Shown here piece by piece: positions 22,500 to 35,600 of a stretch of 40,478 bases of DNA. Position 1 is the stretch's first letter; the number at the start of each line of letters is the position of its first letter. Origin of the DNA: Sphaeroforma arctica JP610 (taxonomy: Eukaryota); the NCBI RefSeq assembly GCF_001186125.1, contig NW_014040429.1:1-40478 (forward strand). Direction: 5' to 3'. The position numbers were made by a program, and so were the translations under genes. Under the pieces are notes generated by a model that did not search any database, was not told the origin of the DNA, and saw nothing but the letters and a program-made list of their open reading frames with translations.

Positions 22500-25400
22500 A
22501 CTTGACTACGACTCTCTACGAGTCATCAATGAGTCAGCAATATTATTTTTATAGTACCGAACTACAGTTTACTGGAAACTAAGGTAAAAGAAACTCAAGA
22601 CAGACAAGCCCTCAGGCCTCAGGTTTTAACCCTCAGGCCTCAGGTTTTAGCCCTCAGGGCGAGGGCTATGAGCCTGTAAATAACTGTGTGTGCGCCTGTG
22701 AGCTAGCTCACAGCTGACAGCTGACAGCCCTCACTATCTGTCTGCCTCAGCCCTCAGGCCCTCAACCCTCACAGGTTCAGGCTCTACTGACTACTCTCTA
22801 CAATTTTTTATTATTAAAATATTTAGTAAATAGAGAGAGTGGGAACTGGGAAGTGGAGAACTTCAGAAATCAGAACTCGGAACAAGAACTGGACACTGGA
22901 AAGTGGAAATTGGACAGTGGAATCTCAAATGAGTAACAAATCAGTATCCGAATCTCAAATCTCAAATCTGGAACATAGATGATTATTTTTAAGCAAAAAA
23001 CCAAATTGGCTGTAAAAAGCTGATTTGTGGAAAAACAGATAAAAAAAAGTCAAATCATAGCCTTCTGAAAATAGAACACATAAATCAATAAAAAATAGAT
23101 CGCATACGACTAATAAAATAACCCAACATTAGAATCTAGCCCTGGTTCGGTTGTGCCCTGGTGCCTGGTGGTCACTGGCCAGTGGTCGGCGACTCGGGCA
23201 GTGGTCGGCGACTCGGCTAAATATAGTAAATAATCTCTGGCAGGCTAGTACAGCCTTTGGCCGTGCTTTGGATCATCTCCGGTAAGTATTTAACTATTTA
23301 TGTATATACTATTTAGTATTTCCATACGAGTCTACAAACGACAAATTTGATTTCCGCTTATCGAGACCATTTATTATTATTAGAAAAGTGGTGTACTCGA
23401 TGTCATCATGGCAAAGAAGCGCAGGTCCAGCAGGCAGACAGAGGCGGAGTTGTTGCGTAGACGTCTCATCTTCGTTCAACGTTGCTGTGAGAGCGTCGGT
23501 GCGCAGATTATCTAGTCAAGTCGGTAGGTCGAGTAGTTCAGGATCAGATCTGTCAATAATAGATACAAAGCCAGATACTTTGTAGCTCCTCGCCCGTTTC
23601 TATTGTTTTTCATTTTATGCTCGCCAAGGTTGTTTTGCATCTCATCCGCACTCCAGCAATACCACACTTGCTACTGTTATAGAGCCTTCATTTTTCATTC
23701 GAGCATTTTCAGGTCTATAAGCTGGTACCGTCAACCTGGTAAAAATAGCCGCGAAGATCAGCGACCGCAACCATCGTACAAGCACCATACTTGAATATAT
23801 ATTAATATCATGCAGTAGCTACTTTATATTCTAGTACTCGTTTTGGTGCTCTGCGTGTGTGATATTTCTGAATATCCTAAAAACGGGCATAGTATGTCCG
23901 TTGATAAAAAATATTCGTTGTCGAGGAAGATAAAAAAGCAACCAATACTACCATTTTCATGAATTCTTAAATGTAAATGCAAAAAGTAGCATTTTCGTAA
24001 AGTTTGATACCCTACACGCTCATTTGTAGCCTCATATTACACCCCAAATAGTTACTTTTCACACGATATTCATTATCTACAAGTTTTTATTTAGAATTGA
24101 CAACATAGTCTGTTCAATTGGTCTTCGGATCTTATAGGCTATGGTTATACGTTTTAGTTCTCTTTTCTTTTTTACTTTCAATTTGAGTTTGGTGGTTTAT
24201 CGATTTTCACAATTACAATGTATGAAACATGGTAAGATGGAGCCATTAAATATTGATACAGTCCCAGAACTCGTGCAGCCGACTAGTAAGGTTTGTTCTG
24301 TACATAGATGGACGAAGTGATGATCGTTTAGCCAAAGTATATATCCGTGCCATGAGTTTTCGCAAATGTCACTATGAAGAAACTATGAGGAAATACTATA
24401 AAGAAAATTGATACTCAAACCTGTCTAACTCAAGCCTCAGCGCATCTTCGGGGATGTACCTCACGGCTCACAAGCCTTTGATTTATCATCTGTGCTCTGT
24501 GATGAGAACAAATATACAATCTTCAACATGCGGTTGCGTAAATATTTTTAGCTTGCGTGTGACTTTCGTATTTGAATAGGTTTGGCTTCAAAAATTGTCC
24601 TACGGGCTTCAACACGTTTGATTCTATTTTTACTATTATATTTACTATTTTACACTAGTGATGTTTTTAATAATAATAAAATGGAATGACGGACAGGAAA
24701 CCTTGTGATAAAGTGACAGTGACTTTGCAGGTTTGCAGTTTACAGCTAAAATACATACACTTTCAGGGATTTCGCGGTGAAGACGGGCGGGTGAAATGTT
24801 TTCATTAGCAGGAGGTTCTATGGACTGGTGAAGACCGCATGTATGACTGCATATTTATTTCCTATTTATTTATTTTTGCTCCCCCCGCCTCCCCCCTTTC
24901 CAGTTTCCACTGGCCCAGCGCCCCCCCCCCCCCAGCCCTCCAGCGAGCCCCCCAGCGCCTCAGTGAGTCATCCCTCAGGCTAAGTCAATAACAGTTCCGT
25001 AATCTACGCTATTTGCTCCAAAAAATAATATTCCGACAAAAAGATTCTGTTACACCAATCATATCTGTACGATAATGCATTTTGTAATCTAGTTGTCATA
25101 GAAAATCTGCATTCTGCGGCCTGTGAGTGAGTGCGAGTGCCAAGAGTGCAGACCTTAGCAGACTGTAGAGTACAGACACTGCACTTGCAGTCTGCAGGGT
25201 GCAGACTGCAGACCAGCCAGGCTGCCAGGGCCAGAGTGTCAGTCTGCCAGACTGACAGCAGAGTGCGGACAGTGCGGACAGAGGACTGCGGAGGCCGGAG
25301 TACGACTGCGTAGAATTATCACTCATCAGTCATAGAAACCATAGCCTTTATGTAGCAATTTAGCATCCTCTAAAAAAGAACCTGTCTATTTGTACAAAAC

Positions 25401-26400
25401 CTATAAAATTACTTTTATTTTACTATAGTTTATTATAGCCTTACAGGCGTGCCGTCACTGGCTCACTGCTGTGCCTTTACTGTACGTACATATTTATGTA
25501 AATATAATCGATATCAGCCTGCGACGCCCGGAGCCCCGGTCCCGGTTGATAAGTCACTTAGTGATACGTACTAAATTATATATTTTAAAAGTATCACTAT
25601 TATACTCGGATCCTCGGAATGATAAAGATTTTATAAATAAATACTATTATATACATATATACATACATATAACACACTTCAGTCATTCATTAGATCGTCA
25701 GAATATAACAATATGCATCTATTCAAAGTACCATCGCTTGGCTCGAAGAATAATCGGTCGAAAGTTTGTAGATGCCACTCAGCAGATATGATTATTGTCA
25801 GAGGGACGACAACAAATTTCTCATCGAAGGCGACAGCCGGGCGTACATTAAGCTCACATTCGAGTTCGAGTATGCATAGGTCCCCAGCGACCCATACTGA
25901 CCTGTACAAATTGGGTGAAGAATGATAGCAGCGCGCTTCAAAAAAAATACACATAATGCACCGATTGGTGTGTGTCTACCTCGTCTAATTGGCTGTTTGC
26001 GTGGACAGTTTCAGCTTCAAATCCATTATCCGCTGCCAGCTCCAAATTTCCTTATTATCTGCAATACCGCACTTTTGCAGCGGTGGTGATGAATTTCTCC
26101 TCTGGCGAAATATTACATTGTTTCTGATGAGGGGCAGACCATTGACCAAAGGTACACCCTCCGCCAACGGCAGGCCACAAGAGGCGATATCACTATAGTT
26201 TAGTTTGAGCGCTTCGAATTTAAAATACTCAAATATATTCAAATACTGTTTTAAAAGAACCCATGCTCTGATTTTTTAGCTATTAAAAATCCTGTGAAGA
26301 ATATTATCAGCAGACAGCAGTCGTCAGGAGTTGCCAGGTCTCTCTTAGTGTCTTGTCTAGTGTTAAAATAAACGGCAAATGTTTGTTGCCACCCTGAATA
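22500..26400. mobile_element. Gene-free island of probable mobile-element relics
   Basis: Alternating AT-rich tracts, GC-rich stutter patches, CATAGCC motif copies and stop-riddled coding-like fragments (23388-23795, 24215-24420, 25680-26250). No intact transposase recognised. Confidence 0.4.
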
Positions 26401-26681
26401 TTGTAATAAGTTTCAGATAAAAATTCCGGATAGATCAATAATTGTAACTTATGAGTGCCTAAAGCGTATGTAGTACGAAATTCCGCAGTCTACATAGACA
26501 GAACTTCAACTATTTCTTTTAATTGATATCCACAAGCCGTGTAGTTACAACGTCAAATAGAGTTTAATTTTGGCATTCAACTAGAGTTTCAGCTACCCTA
26601 TCAATATTTATCAATCAGATCCCGTCACGATCACTTGTTTAATTCGAATCCAAGAATACGTCGTTGCCATCCATTCATTTG

Positions 26682-29600
26682 TCACCGGCTATATGCATTA
26701 AAATACTGGGAATTGATGTACCCTAGCACGTATGCTCCCGGTGTCTGGGGATGTGCGAGTTAAATAAGTATAGTAAGTATCTTCTTTGTCACAAGGTGTG
26801 GTGATAAATGAACCTGATAGGCAACTCCCTGAGCAGTAGAGTCAAATAGTTCTACAGGAGGTACTGGCACCATATGGGCAAGAGATCTAATTCACAAAGA
26901 ACCGTAAATTTTTGCGTGAGTTACATATCAGTATAATCATGCACAATCATTTACATGCGGTGCAAATGAAAGTATTGACTATACCTTTACTCTCGATTCA
27001 TCCATAGGCTTGACAGTGGAGTCATCGAAGTCGTGCCACTTCCGATCGAAAACATTCCTACAGAACGCAGTGTCTGTAATCAAGAAATTGAAGCAATTGT
27101 AGTCAGATCGTGAATATGACAGCAAAAAGGTTTCATATATGACCAATCACTCTAAGTGTGATAATGAAGTACATAACTGATAATCGAAGAAATATTGGTA
27201 GACGGTGTTGTCCACAGACCAAGGTCCTATTGCATTGAAATAAAAATCATAGAGACAAGAAAACGATAAAGATAAATGTCAGATAATGCACAAACGATTC
27301 ACGAAAGATAAGGCGTCACCAATTTACTTACAATGTCCACTTCCCATTTGGCCCCAATGATTCTGCACAGGAATTTAAAGTTATAGAACACGACAGATTA
27401 GAAACGACATCTCCAGTGAGCCAGATTGAAACCCGATTAAAAGATTGAATTTGCCGCGAATAGCAAAGGCGTCAGCGTATCGATCGAACACGTGTCAAGC
27501 GGATAAGAAAATTACCACCCAAAAAAACCCCCATGGACGCATTCGCCATTCTTATTGAAATTGCCAGGACTACTTATATCACATATTTCTACATATTAAA
27601 TAATATAGTTTCCACATACCGCCACCGACAATAAATGATATGAATGGTTCTGAGCATTTTGCCTGTCTGTATTCGGTAAATATGACGACAAGTCCAGATT
27701 CCTGGAAATGTGTTGAGTGGGAAAGCGATCCTGCTTGATGAGTACCACATATATACATATAGCGATTTATTGTGCATACATATACACCGATTAGCTTTTG
27801 TACGCTTTCGACCAATCGCGAGTGTACATATGGGTGTGTTGTGGGAAGGTTATGGGTGTGTTGTGTGCATGTTATGGGAGAGTTGTGTGAAGGTTATGGG
27901 TGTGTTGTGTGCCAAAGCGCGCGAGACACACCACGCATCCATGCCCAACGAGACTGCTTGAAAGTGATATAATTTCAGTTCACAGTTGATGAAACCGAAA
28001 CCTGAAGATTGAAATGAGCCAGGTACGTTGAGGATGTAGACATCGAGACGGAAGGCTATCGAAATACAGACATAGACCATCGGCAAGTACACATGGTGAA
28101 AAGAGAATTCGAGCCCAAACTTTAAGTCCGACCGCACAATATAGCATGATTAATAACAAAAGCCACGAATGAATAGTGATACATACCCTATTGGAAAGTC
28201 TACCATAGTGTTTATCTTCGCCCTGGAATTGCCAAAGGCATCAGACTGGAACCGTTTAAAATGAATCAGTAATACTGGTGGTAATCTCCATATGGATAAC
28301 CGTTTCTCCGCATCCCTGTGTTTCTTGCAATTCCCGCAGTACCTGAAATGTGAAGTGATAAGTGGCAAGCGGCTAGACGTGTAAGCATATGATTTAACAA
28401 TTCAGTTAGAACAATCACGCCGTATAAATCGTCGTTTGAGAGTGTGCCTGCGTCCGATACTTCCTGTCGCATATGAGCTGATTATGCTCTTTTTAAGCGA
28501 TATCGTTTTCTTCCAGGTCCTTGCTTTCGTATTATCGATCGATTTCCACATGGCAACGAGGCTCGAAAGAACATGGTACATTCATACACGGGAAGTAGGA
28601 TGCCCAAGCACCTCACGTACAGATACACTCACATGACGTTGATGCTTTACCAAGAAAAAATGCCTACAGCGTAGGCAAAATCTTAGTTTAAGCTTGTAGA
28701 ACAGATTGGCAACAACTCTCGATACTTGCCGTACCACCAAGCAAGCAGTAGAGATACGAACCAAAGTTTATCTTATGATGGTATGGTAATAAATATCATT
28801 CAGTGCAGCAGAGACAGATATATATGCATGTATTTATGAACACGATTTACATACATAATGATACAATGAAGTAGAATCTCGTACCATTGGTCGTTTCCTG
28901 CCACCCGCTCCCTCGCTGTGAAGGTGTCGATACACTTCTTCAGCGTGGCTTGTGACACGTTGGCAGGCACGGGCACAGACAGGTACATGAAGGGATTGAA
29001 CGTCACCGACTTGTTCCCACAGGTTAAGCACTAAGCAACCGAAGGTACAAGTGAGACGGGCGGTGAAGTACGGTTAATTTCAAACAAAATAAGATATATA
29101 CGTCGATTTGACTGTGTGCATTAAACACACAAGCGTGTCAGGACTGGCCAGACAGGGAGACCGGTCACATGAGTGACAATACCTGCTCTACTACGCTTTC
29201 TATCATATACATTACTTTATAAAAAGCTGTGCGCGATGCGGAATTTATTTTTATGAATCATATTCAGTACCAATCAAACATGGCTCACTTACGGTTTAAC
29301 ATGAAGCTCTTCATCCCTGAATACAACATAGATACTCTAGCCTTATTCAATGAATTCAACATAGACACTCTAGCCTTAATCGATGAATTCAACTTAGATA
29401 CTCTAGCCTTAATCAATGAATACAACATAGATACTCTAGCCATAATCAATGAATTCAACATAGATAATCTACCCTTAATCGATGAATTTTAACATAGATA
29501 CTCTAGCCTTAATCCCTGAATATAACATAGATACTCTAGCCTTAATCAATGAATTCAACATAGATAATCTACCCTTAATCGATGGATTTTAACATAGATA

Positions 29601-32600
29601 CTCTAGCCTTAATCCCTGAATACAACATAGATACCCTAGCCTTCATCCCAATGGTTATGAACCCTATCATACGTCCACCACCAGACCATATATTTCAACT
29701 GTATCTTCTGTTAGTCAAATACTGCACAGCCCCAAACCTTACCTTGAGTTCTGATCGGAATTGGCCCTGGAACAAATCAACCACCACACTGTCATTGCGT
29801 CGTTTGTAGTTGGTCCAGGAAAGCGCGGCCGTTTGCGCATCGTTGCCGTCATAGTCCGGGTCTTCTTGGTAGGTGCGATCGCGAGAGCAGTTGAGGTCTT
29901 CGTGTAAGCCATCCATCAGGAACGATAGCAATTCCTGTGTAGATGCAAAGAGGAATGGGGATAGCAGGTTAGAATAGGGTGATAGAATAATGCAGTAGGT
30001 AAAAATATGATTATTACAATCCAATAGGGGTGGGGGTATAAGACAATGGAATAGTCCAATAGTAGGTGAAAATATGAATTTTGGGAATAGCAGGTAACAA
30101 TAGGGTGATAGAATAACGCAGGTAACAATAGGGTGATAGAATAATGCAGGTAACAATAGGGGGTGGACATAAGACAATGGAATAGTCCAAAAGTAGGTGA
30201 AAATATGATTATAAGAATCCAATAGTAGTTGCGTATAAGATTATGGAATAGTCCAATAGTAGGTGAAAGTGAGATCATAATAATCCAATAGTGCTTGCGA
30301 ACAAGACTAAAAAATAGCCTAATAATATGTGAGAATAAGATTACAATAATCCAATAGTGCTTGCGAACAAGAATATAAATAGTCCGAAAGTATGTGAAAA
30401 TAAGATTATTACAATTATATAGTGCTTGAGAATAGGGTTAAGGAATAGTCCAATAGTAGTGACAATGAGATTGTAATATTGATAGTGGAGTGAAGGTATG
30501 CTGTGATTTATTGATATGGTACAAGTTTGATAGTGGAGTGAAAGTACGCTGTGATTTATTGATAAGGTATAAGTTTGATAGTGTAACTGCATTAGTCTGT
30601 CCCGCATTTGAGCTTCAACTGTTCGAAGCCAATATCCGGCAATTCTCATATTAATGCAAAAAACCCCCCAATTTTTACCTCTAACCCGGGTGATTCGTCT
30701 CAATAGCACTGTACCTTAGACACATCACAAAACAAATCTCAGGCACATCATTGCCCAATTCATTGCTACATACGCCGACTTATGACAAGCTGTGTTGGCG
30801 AGTTAGCTTTTTTCCTTTCTTAAATTTTTGGGTGCTACATAGAATTGCTTAGTTCGCGCCAATAACTCCTCACACAAGGGCGCACTACAGACGCCAAAGA
30901 ACGGCAAATATTCTGTGTTCACAGACCAAGGTCACATACCTGCGCATCGTGCTGTTCGCGGCCTGAAAATCTCGGCGCAAACTGAGAAATAACATTCTTG
31001 AGGCGGTCCGGTTTAAAACTACTCGTACGATCACTTCCTTTCCAGATAATTTGTAATAAATCTCCAAATGTTTCGGCAAGCTGGGATCGATGAATCGACA
31101 ACAATTTGAAAGTATCAAGATCTTAATCCCAAACCAATACACAGATCAGTATTTGTACTGAGAGACGCTAGCTAATACACGCGATATGTGTAAAGTGAAT
31201 CTGATCGATCTCTATCTAAATACGTGAAATATATTTNNNNNNNNNNNNNNNNNNNNNNNNNNNNNNNNNNNNNNNNNNNNNNNNNNNNNNNNNNNNNNNN
31301 NNNNNNNNNNNNNNNNNNNNNNNNNNNNNNNNNNNNNNNNNNNNNNNNNNNNNNNNNNNNNNNNNNNNNNNNNNNNNNNNNNNNNNNNNNNNNNNNNNNN
31401 NNNNNNNNNNNNNNNNNNNNNNNNNNNNNNNNNNNNNNNNNNNNNNNNNNNNNNNNNNNNNNNNNNNNNNNNNNNNNNNNNNNNNNNNNNNNNNNNNNNN
31501 NNNNNNNNNNNNNNNNNNNNNNNNNNNNNNNNNNNNNNNNNNNNNNNNNNNNNNNNNNNNNNNNNNNNNNNNNNNNNNNNNNNNNNNNNNNNNNNNNNNN
31601 NNNNNNNNNNNNNNNNNNNNNNNNNNNNNNNNNNNNNNNNNNNNNNNNNNNNNNNNNNNNNNNNNNNNNNNNNNNNNNNNNNNNNNNNNNNNNNNNNNNN
31701 NNNNNNNNNNNNNNNNNNNNNNNNNNNNNNNNNNNNNNNNNNNNNNNNNNNNNNNNNNNNNNNNNNNNNNNNNNNNNNNNNNNNNNNNNNNNNNNNNNNN
31801 NNNNNNNNNNNNNNNNNNNNNNNNNNNNNNNNNNNNNNNNNNNNNNNNNNNNNNNNNNNNNNNNNNNNNNNNNNNNNNNNNNNNNNNNNNNNNNNNNNNN
31901 NNNNNNNNNNNNNNNNNNNNNNNNNNNNNNNNNNNNNNNNNNNNNNNNNNNNNNNNNNNNNNNNNNNNNNNNNNNNNNNNNNNNNNNNNNNNNNNNNNNN
32001 NNNNNNNNNNNNNNNNNNNNNNNNNNNNNNNNNNGAATATATATATATATATATATATAATGTGCTGAAGACCGGTACCGCATTTACATCCCATCGTAAC
32101 TTTCGCAGAGCCACAAAAAACCTATCCTCTATGCAACACAAGTCCGGACAAGCTCGCAAAACACTTTCTCCTCGTATCATGCACAACAGTGGCAATACAT
32201 CGAGCTGCTACTGGAAACTGAGTAGATATGCAACGCATTATCCCTACGGGGTGACCTTTATAGAACCGGCGATCTCGACATATCACAAACGAGGTAAATG
32301 GCTGTCGGCTCTGATTAATACAGGCACATACGTACCTGACCCCCAGTTCCCAGCGGATTGTTTCTGTTGATATCTTTTCTGTACGTCTGCTGGATGAAGT
32401 GGGTGCTGAACGGCATGGTGTTGCTCAAACACTGTATGATGGAGTTGAGGTAACACGTGTTGCCCACATTCACCAGCCCCACCAATCCGGCCCTCTTGAC
32501 GTACTGCGGCAGTGCGCCCGTCAGTGTGTGCACGTTGTAAGGATCCGCTGTAACCGATGCGTGCGTAGAAGTGATGATAGTTAAGATAGATGTGAATAGC

Positions 32601-35600
32601 TCCGCTGAGTATGGAGTGAACGACATGGAAATGGATACGTTGGTATAGCACAGCCCCGCCACATTCATTCTGCTTATTCTGGCCGCCTCCTTTTCGTACG
32701 GTACTGCCCTCAGCCATTGAGTGCGGCTTGTGTAAACTTTGTGGCGTCTACTCACCTCTTGAATAAACCGCAACCATGTAAATACGCTACAGCCTGATGT
32801 TCAGGTTAAGGACTGGTCAATCCAGTATGAGACACGTGTTGTTATTTACTCGTGTGCATGTAAGCCCTCCTATAGGCAATGGTCTTGTGTGCCGCCAACA
32901 GTTTTTGCACCACACAAAATCACGAACAAACTGTCACTGGTGTGGTAAGTTGTAGGCAGGCATGGCTCTCGTTTGTAATTTAAATTGTGCGTACATGTGT
33001 AGCGTTCGGTTCTTGATTACACTTTCCGTGCAGACGCGTGAGTGTACTTCAGGCCGACCTCTGCACAGTGGATTATATGTTGGTATACAAGTGCGATAGC
33101 CCCAGTCAGGGAGTATGCGAACACACACCCGCCATGGGCAAACACACTACAGTGCGGCGATACACCAATCAACAACTAATACACATATCAACGGACCTGA
33201 AATACTCCAATCGACAAACAAGCGTGCAGGCTTGTTCAGAAAATTATGTCAGTCCATATAATACGAACACCCGAACTCGGCTATTCGTGAGAATACCAAG
33301 CGCAAGCACCATACCGATTTTCTTGGTCTTTAGCCGCCTGGGTTTCTTCGCCACCACGGTTGCTGGGGCGGTGATTGGCTTAGCGGACACAGGTATCGGA
33401 GGAGCACTGACTTTGGGCTATAATGACAGAAATGTATGAGAGAAACGTCAAAAGGAACCTAATGCAAATTCTTCATTTATGACATTTTGACGAATCTTGA
33501 TTGCATCTGAACAAGTATCGCTTTGGTGATGTCGATATACGAATTGTGCAAGTCGAAGCTGACAGCTGATGTAAAGATGTGTCACGTGCATGGGCATGTT
33601 CTGCCCTTTCCGAGGGCACAATACACAGATAAATGCGTTCAGTCACATGAAATATATCGACAAACGGATACAGATGTCAGTCATAGCGGAAACTCTGGCA
33701 CGTGGCAACCTGCAAGGGCGGATGCAGCGATACACTTACCGCTACACAAATGTAACATAGATATACACACACGTGTGCTTGCAGAATATGTGGCTTTACT
33801 TACCGTAGTTGGTTTGGGCAGCAACGGTGGTCCTTGAAGCGATGGCTTACTAGTTCTGATGACGGCGGGGGCAGAGACTCCCACTAGGCATGAAGTAAAC
33901 TTGGATATCAGCTATAAATGGATAAGAGCTCTTTTGGCAACATACCACGAGTAACCATTCCAGCGTGCACAAAGGCTTACGTGCCCACATAGTTGGACAG
34001 GAGCGTGAACTGCATATACATACTGATACGATGATGACGCTGTACCACAATCAACCAACCATTTTGGTATGCTAAACAAATGTCTTGGATAGTTATACGG
34101 GTACTGATAAACAAATGTCTTGGATAGTCATACGGAGACTGACAAGAAGCCAACGTGAGCATGGGCGCAAACAAACTTCTTCCTCGCGCAAAATGAATGC
34201 TTCGGCCAGTAAAGACCTCTCTTACAGTGGTAAACTTGTGAATGAATTTATGAATATACGACCACGCATTGACCTCATAACGAGGTTAAAGGGGTGCGCC
34301 TCTGTGCAAACACCACTACATGAATTTTCCGGGAGTATATCCGTACCTACTACAGCCGCCGGATTGAAAACAACACTTCATTAAGACTGAAGGGATTGTA
34401 TGGGCCATTCAAAGACGTGTACATACGTATACATACCTGCAGCCGGAGTTTCTTCATCACTCGATTCGTCCGTATCAGTTTCGTACTCGGAGATAGGCCT
34501 GGTGCCTGTTCCAAACATTGGGTACAGGTGGGCGCTTTTGGCGCTATGGGCAGGCACGGACATACTCAGTTGATTCAAAGTACCTGTTACAATACACAAG
34601 TTTTGATAGAATAATATCGGGTGCAGCTATTTAAAAAAAGGAAAACTTGGAGTATGTTTTTTTGCATTTCTTAATGTGGTATTTGTTCAGACATGGTATA
34701 TTGGAAATAGCCAGGAGAAGAACGCCAGAACATATCTACGCTGTATGTTTTTGGAATGTAATTGAAAAGGGCGACTTTCTCAGGGTTACATCGAGCTCAC
34801 TTTTGCGAAGACAAAAGGGGCCAGACTGTTGCAATACGTTGATATTGCACGATTATAACATGTGTGCTGAGAAAACCAGGTAGATACTTCTGTTCATGAG
34901 TCATACTACACATGCTACAAATCCATGTGAGGCTCCGAAACGGAAGGATACCGGTGTTTTGTTAAGGTAAGGCAGAAGTGTTTGTAAACACAAGAAGATA
35001 CCCGAAGAATCGGTAAGGGAGACAGGTAGATGATTGACCATCACGGGGCACGTGATACTCACAAGTGCAATATACTATACCTCACAGGCATCTGCTGAAC
35101 ACAATTGTGTCATGCTCTTACCAACGGTCGGGTAATCAATCTTAGCGGCGTCTCTATTGGTGACCGGTGCCATGGTCGGATTCGTACCGTCACATTGCGT
35201 GGGATACAACTTATACCACTCGCGAAAGCCGCCGTTCATCTGTTGAATGCAGTAGTAACGTAGTATGGCACATCAGTCGTTGAACAAAGCTCGTGAAGGA
35301 TAAAAGAATTAAAATTCAAGAGCACACCCGCAGATAAAACGTGGCTTCCATTTTTCCCGTGCCGGACCGAGCCAGGATCAATACAATTCTACTATCGCAT
35401 TACGTGCAGTGCATCGAATCTAAACAAACTACACCGAGCAGAAGTCCATGTCTTCAGTCAGTCCTGTGTAACGTTACAGTAGATAGGCTACGAAATTATG
35501 TTTATGTGCACATGGAAGTGCTGTATATAGATCTATGTGCTAATATAATCACTAAAAATACTGCTCGACGGTTTGATGTAGTGTCTTGCAACGGTCATGT

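Noticed and set aside
22625..22775. TAACCCT/CCCTCA telomere-like words
   Set aside because: No tandem TTAGGG-type array; part of the stutter patch.
23270..23292. Reverse complement ATACTTACCGG resembling the U1 snRNA 5' end
   Set aside because: No U1 stem-loops or Sm site follow; it is simply a donor-like GGTAAGTAT.
29229..29809. ORFs with [11 protein letters not shown] repeats; CRISPR-like appearance
   Set aside because: Head-to-tail minisatellite without unique spacers, antisense within a USP8 intron and broken by 34-bp units; no cas genes.
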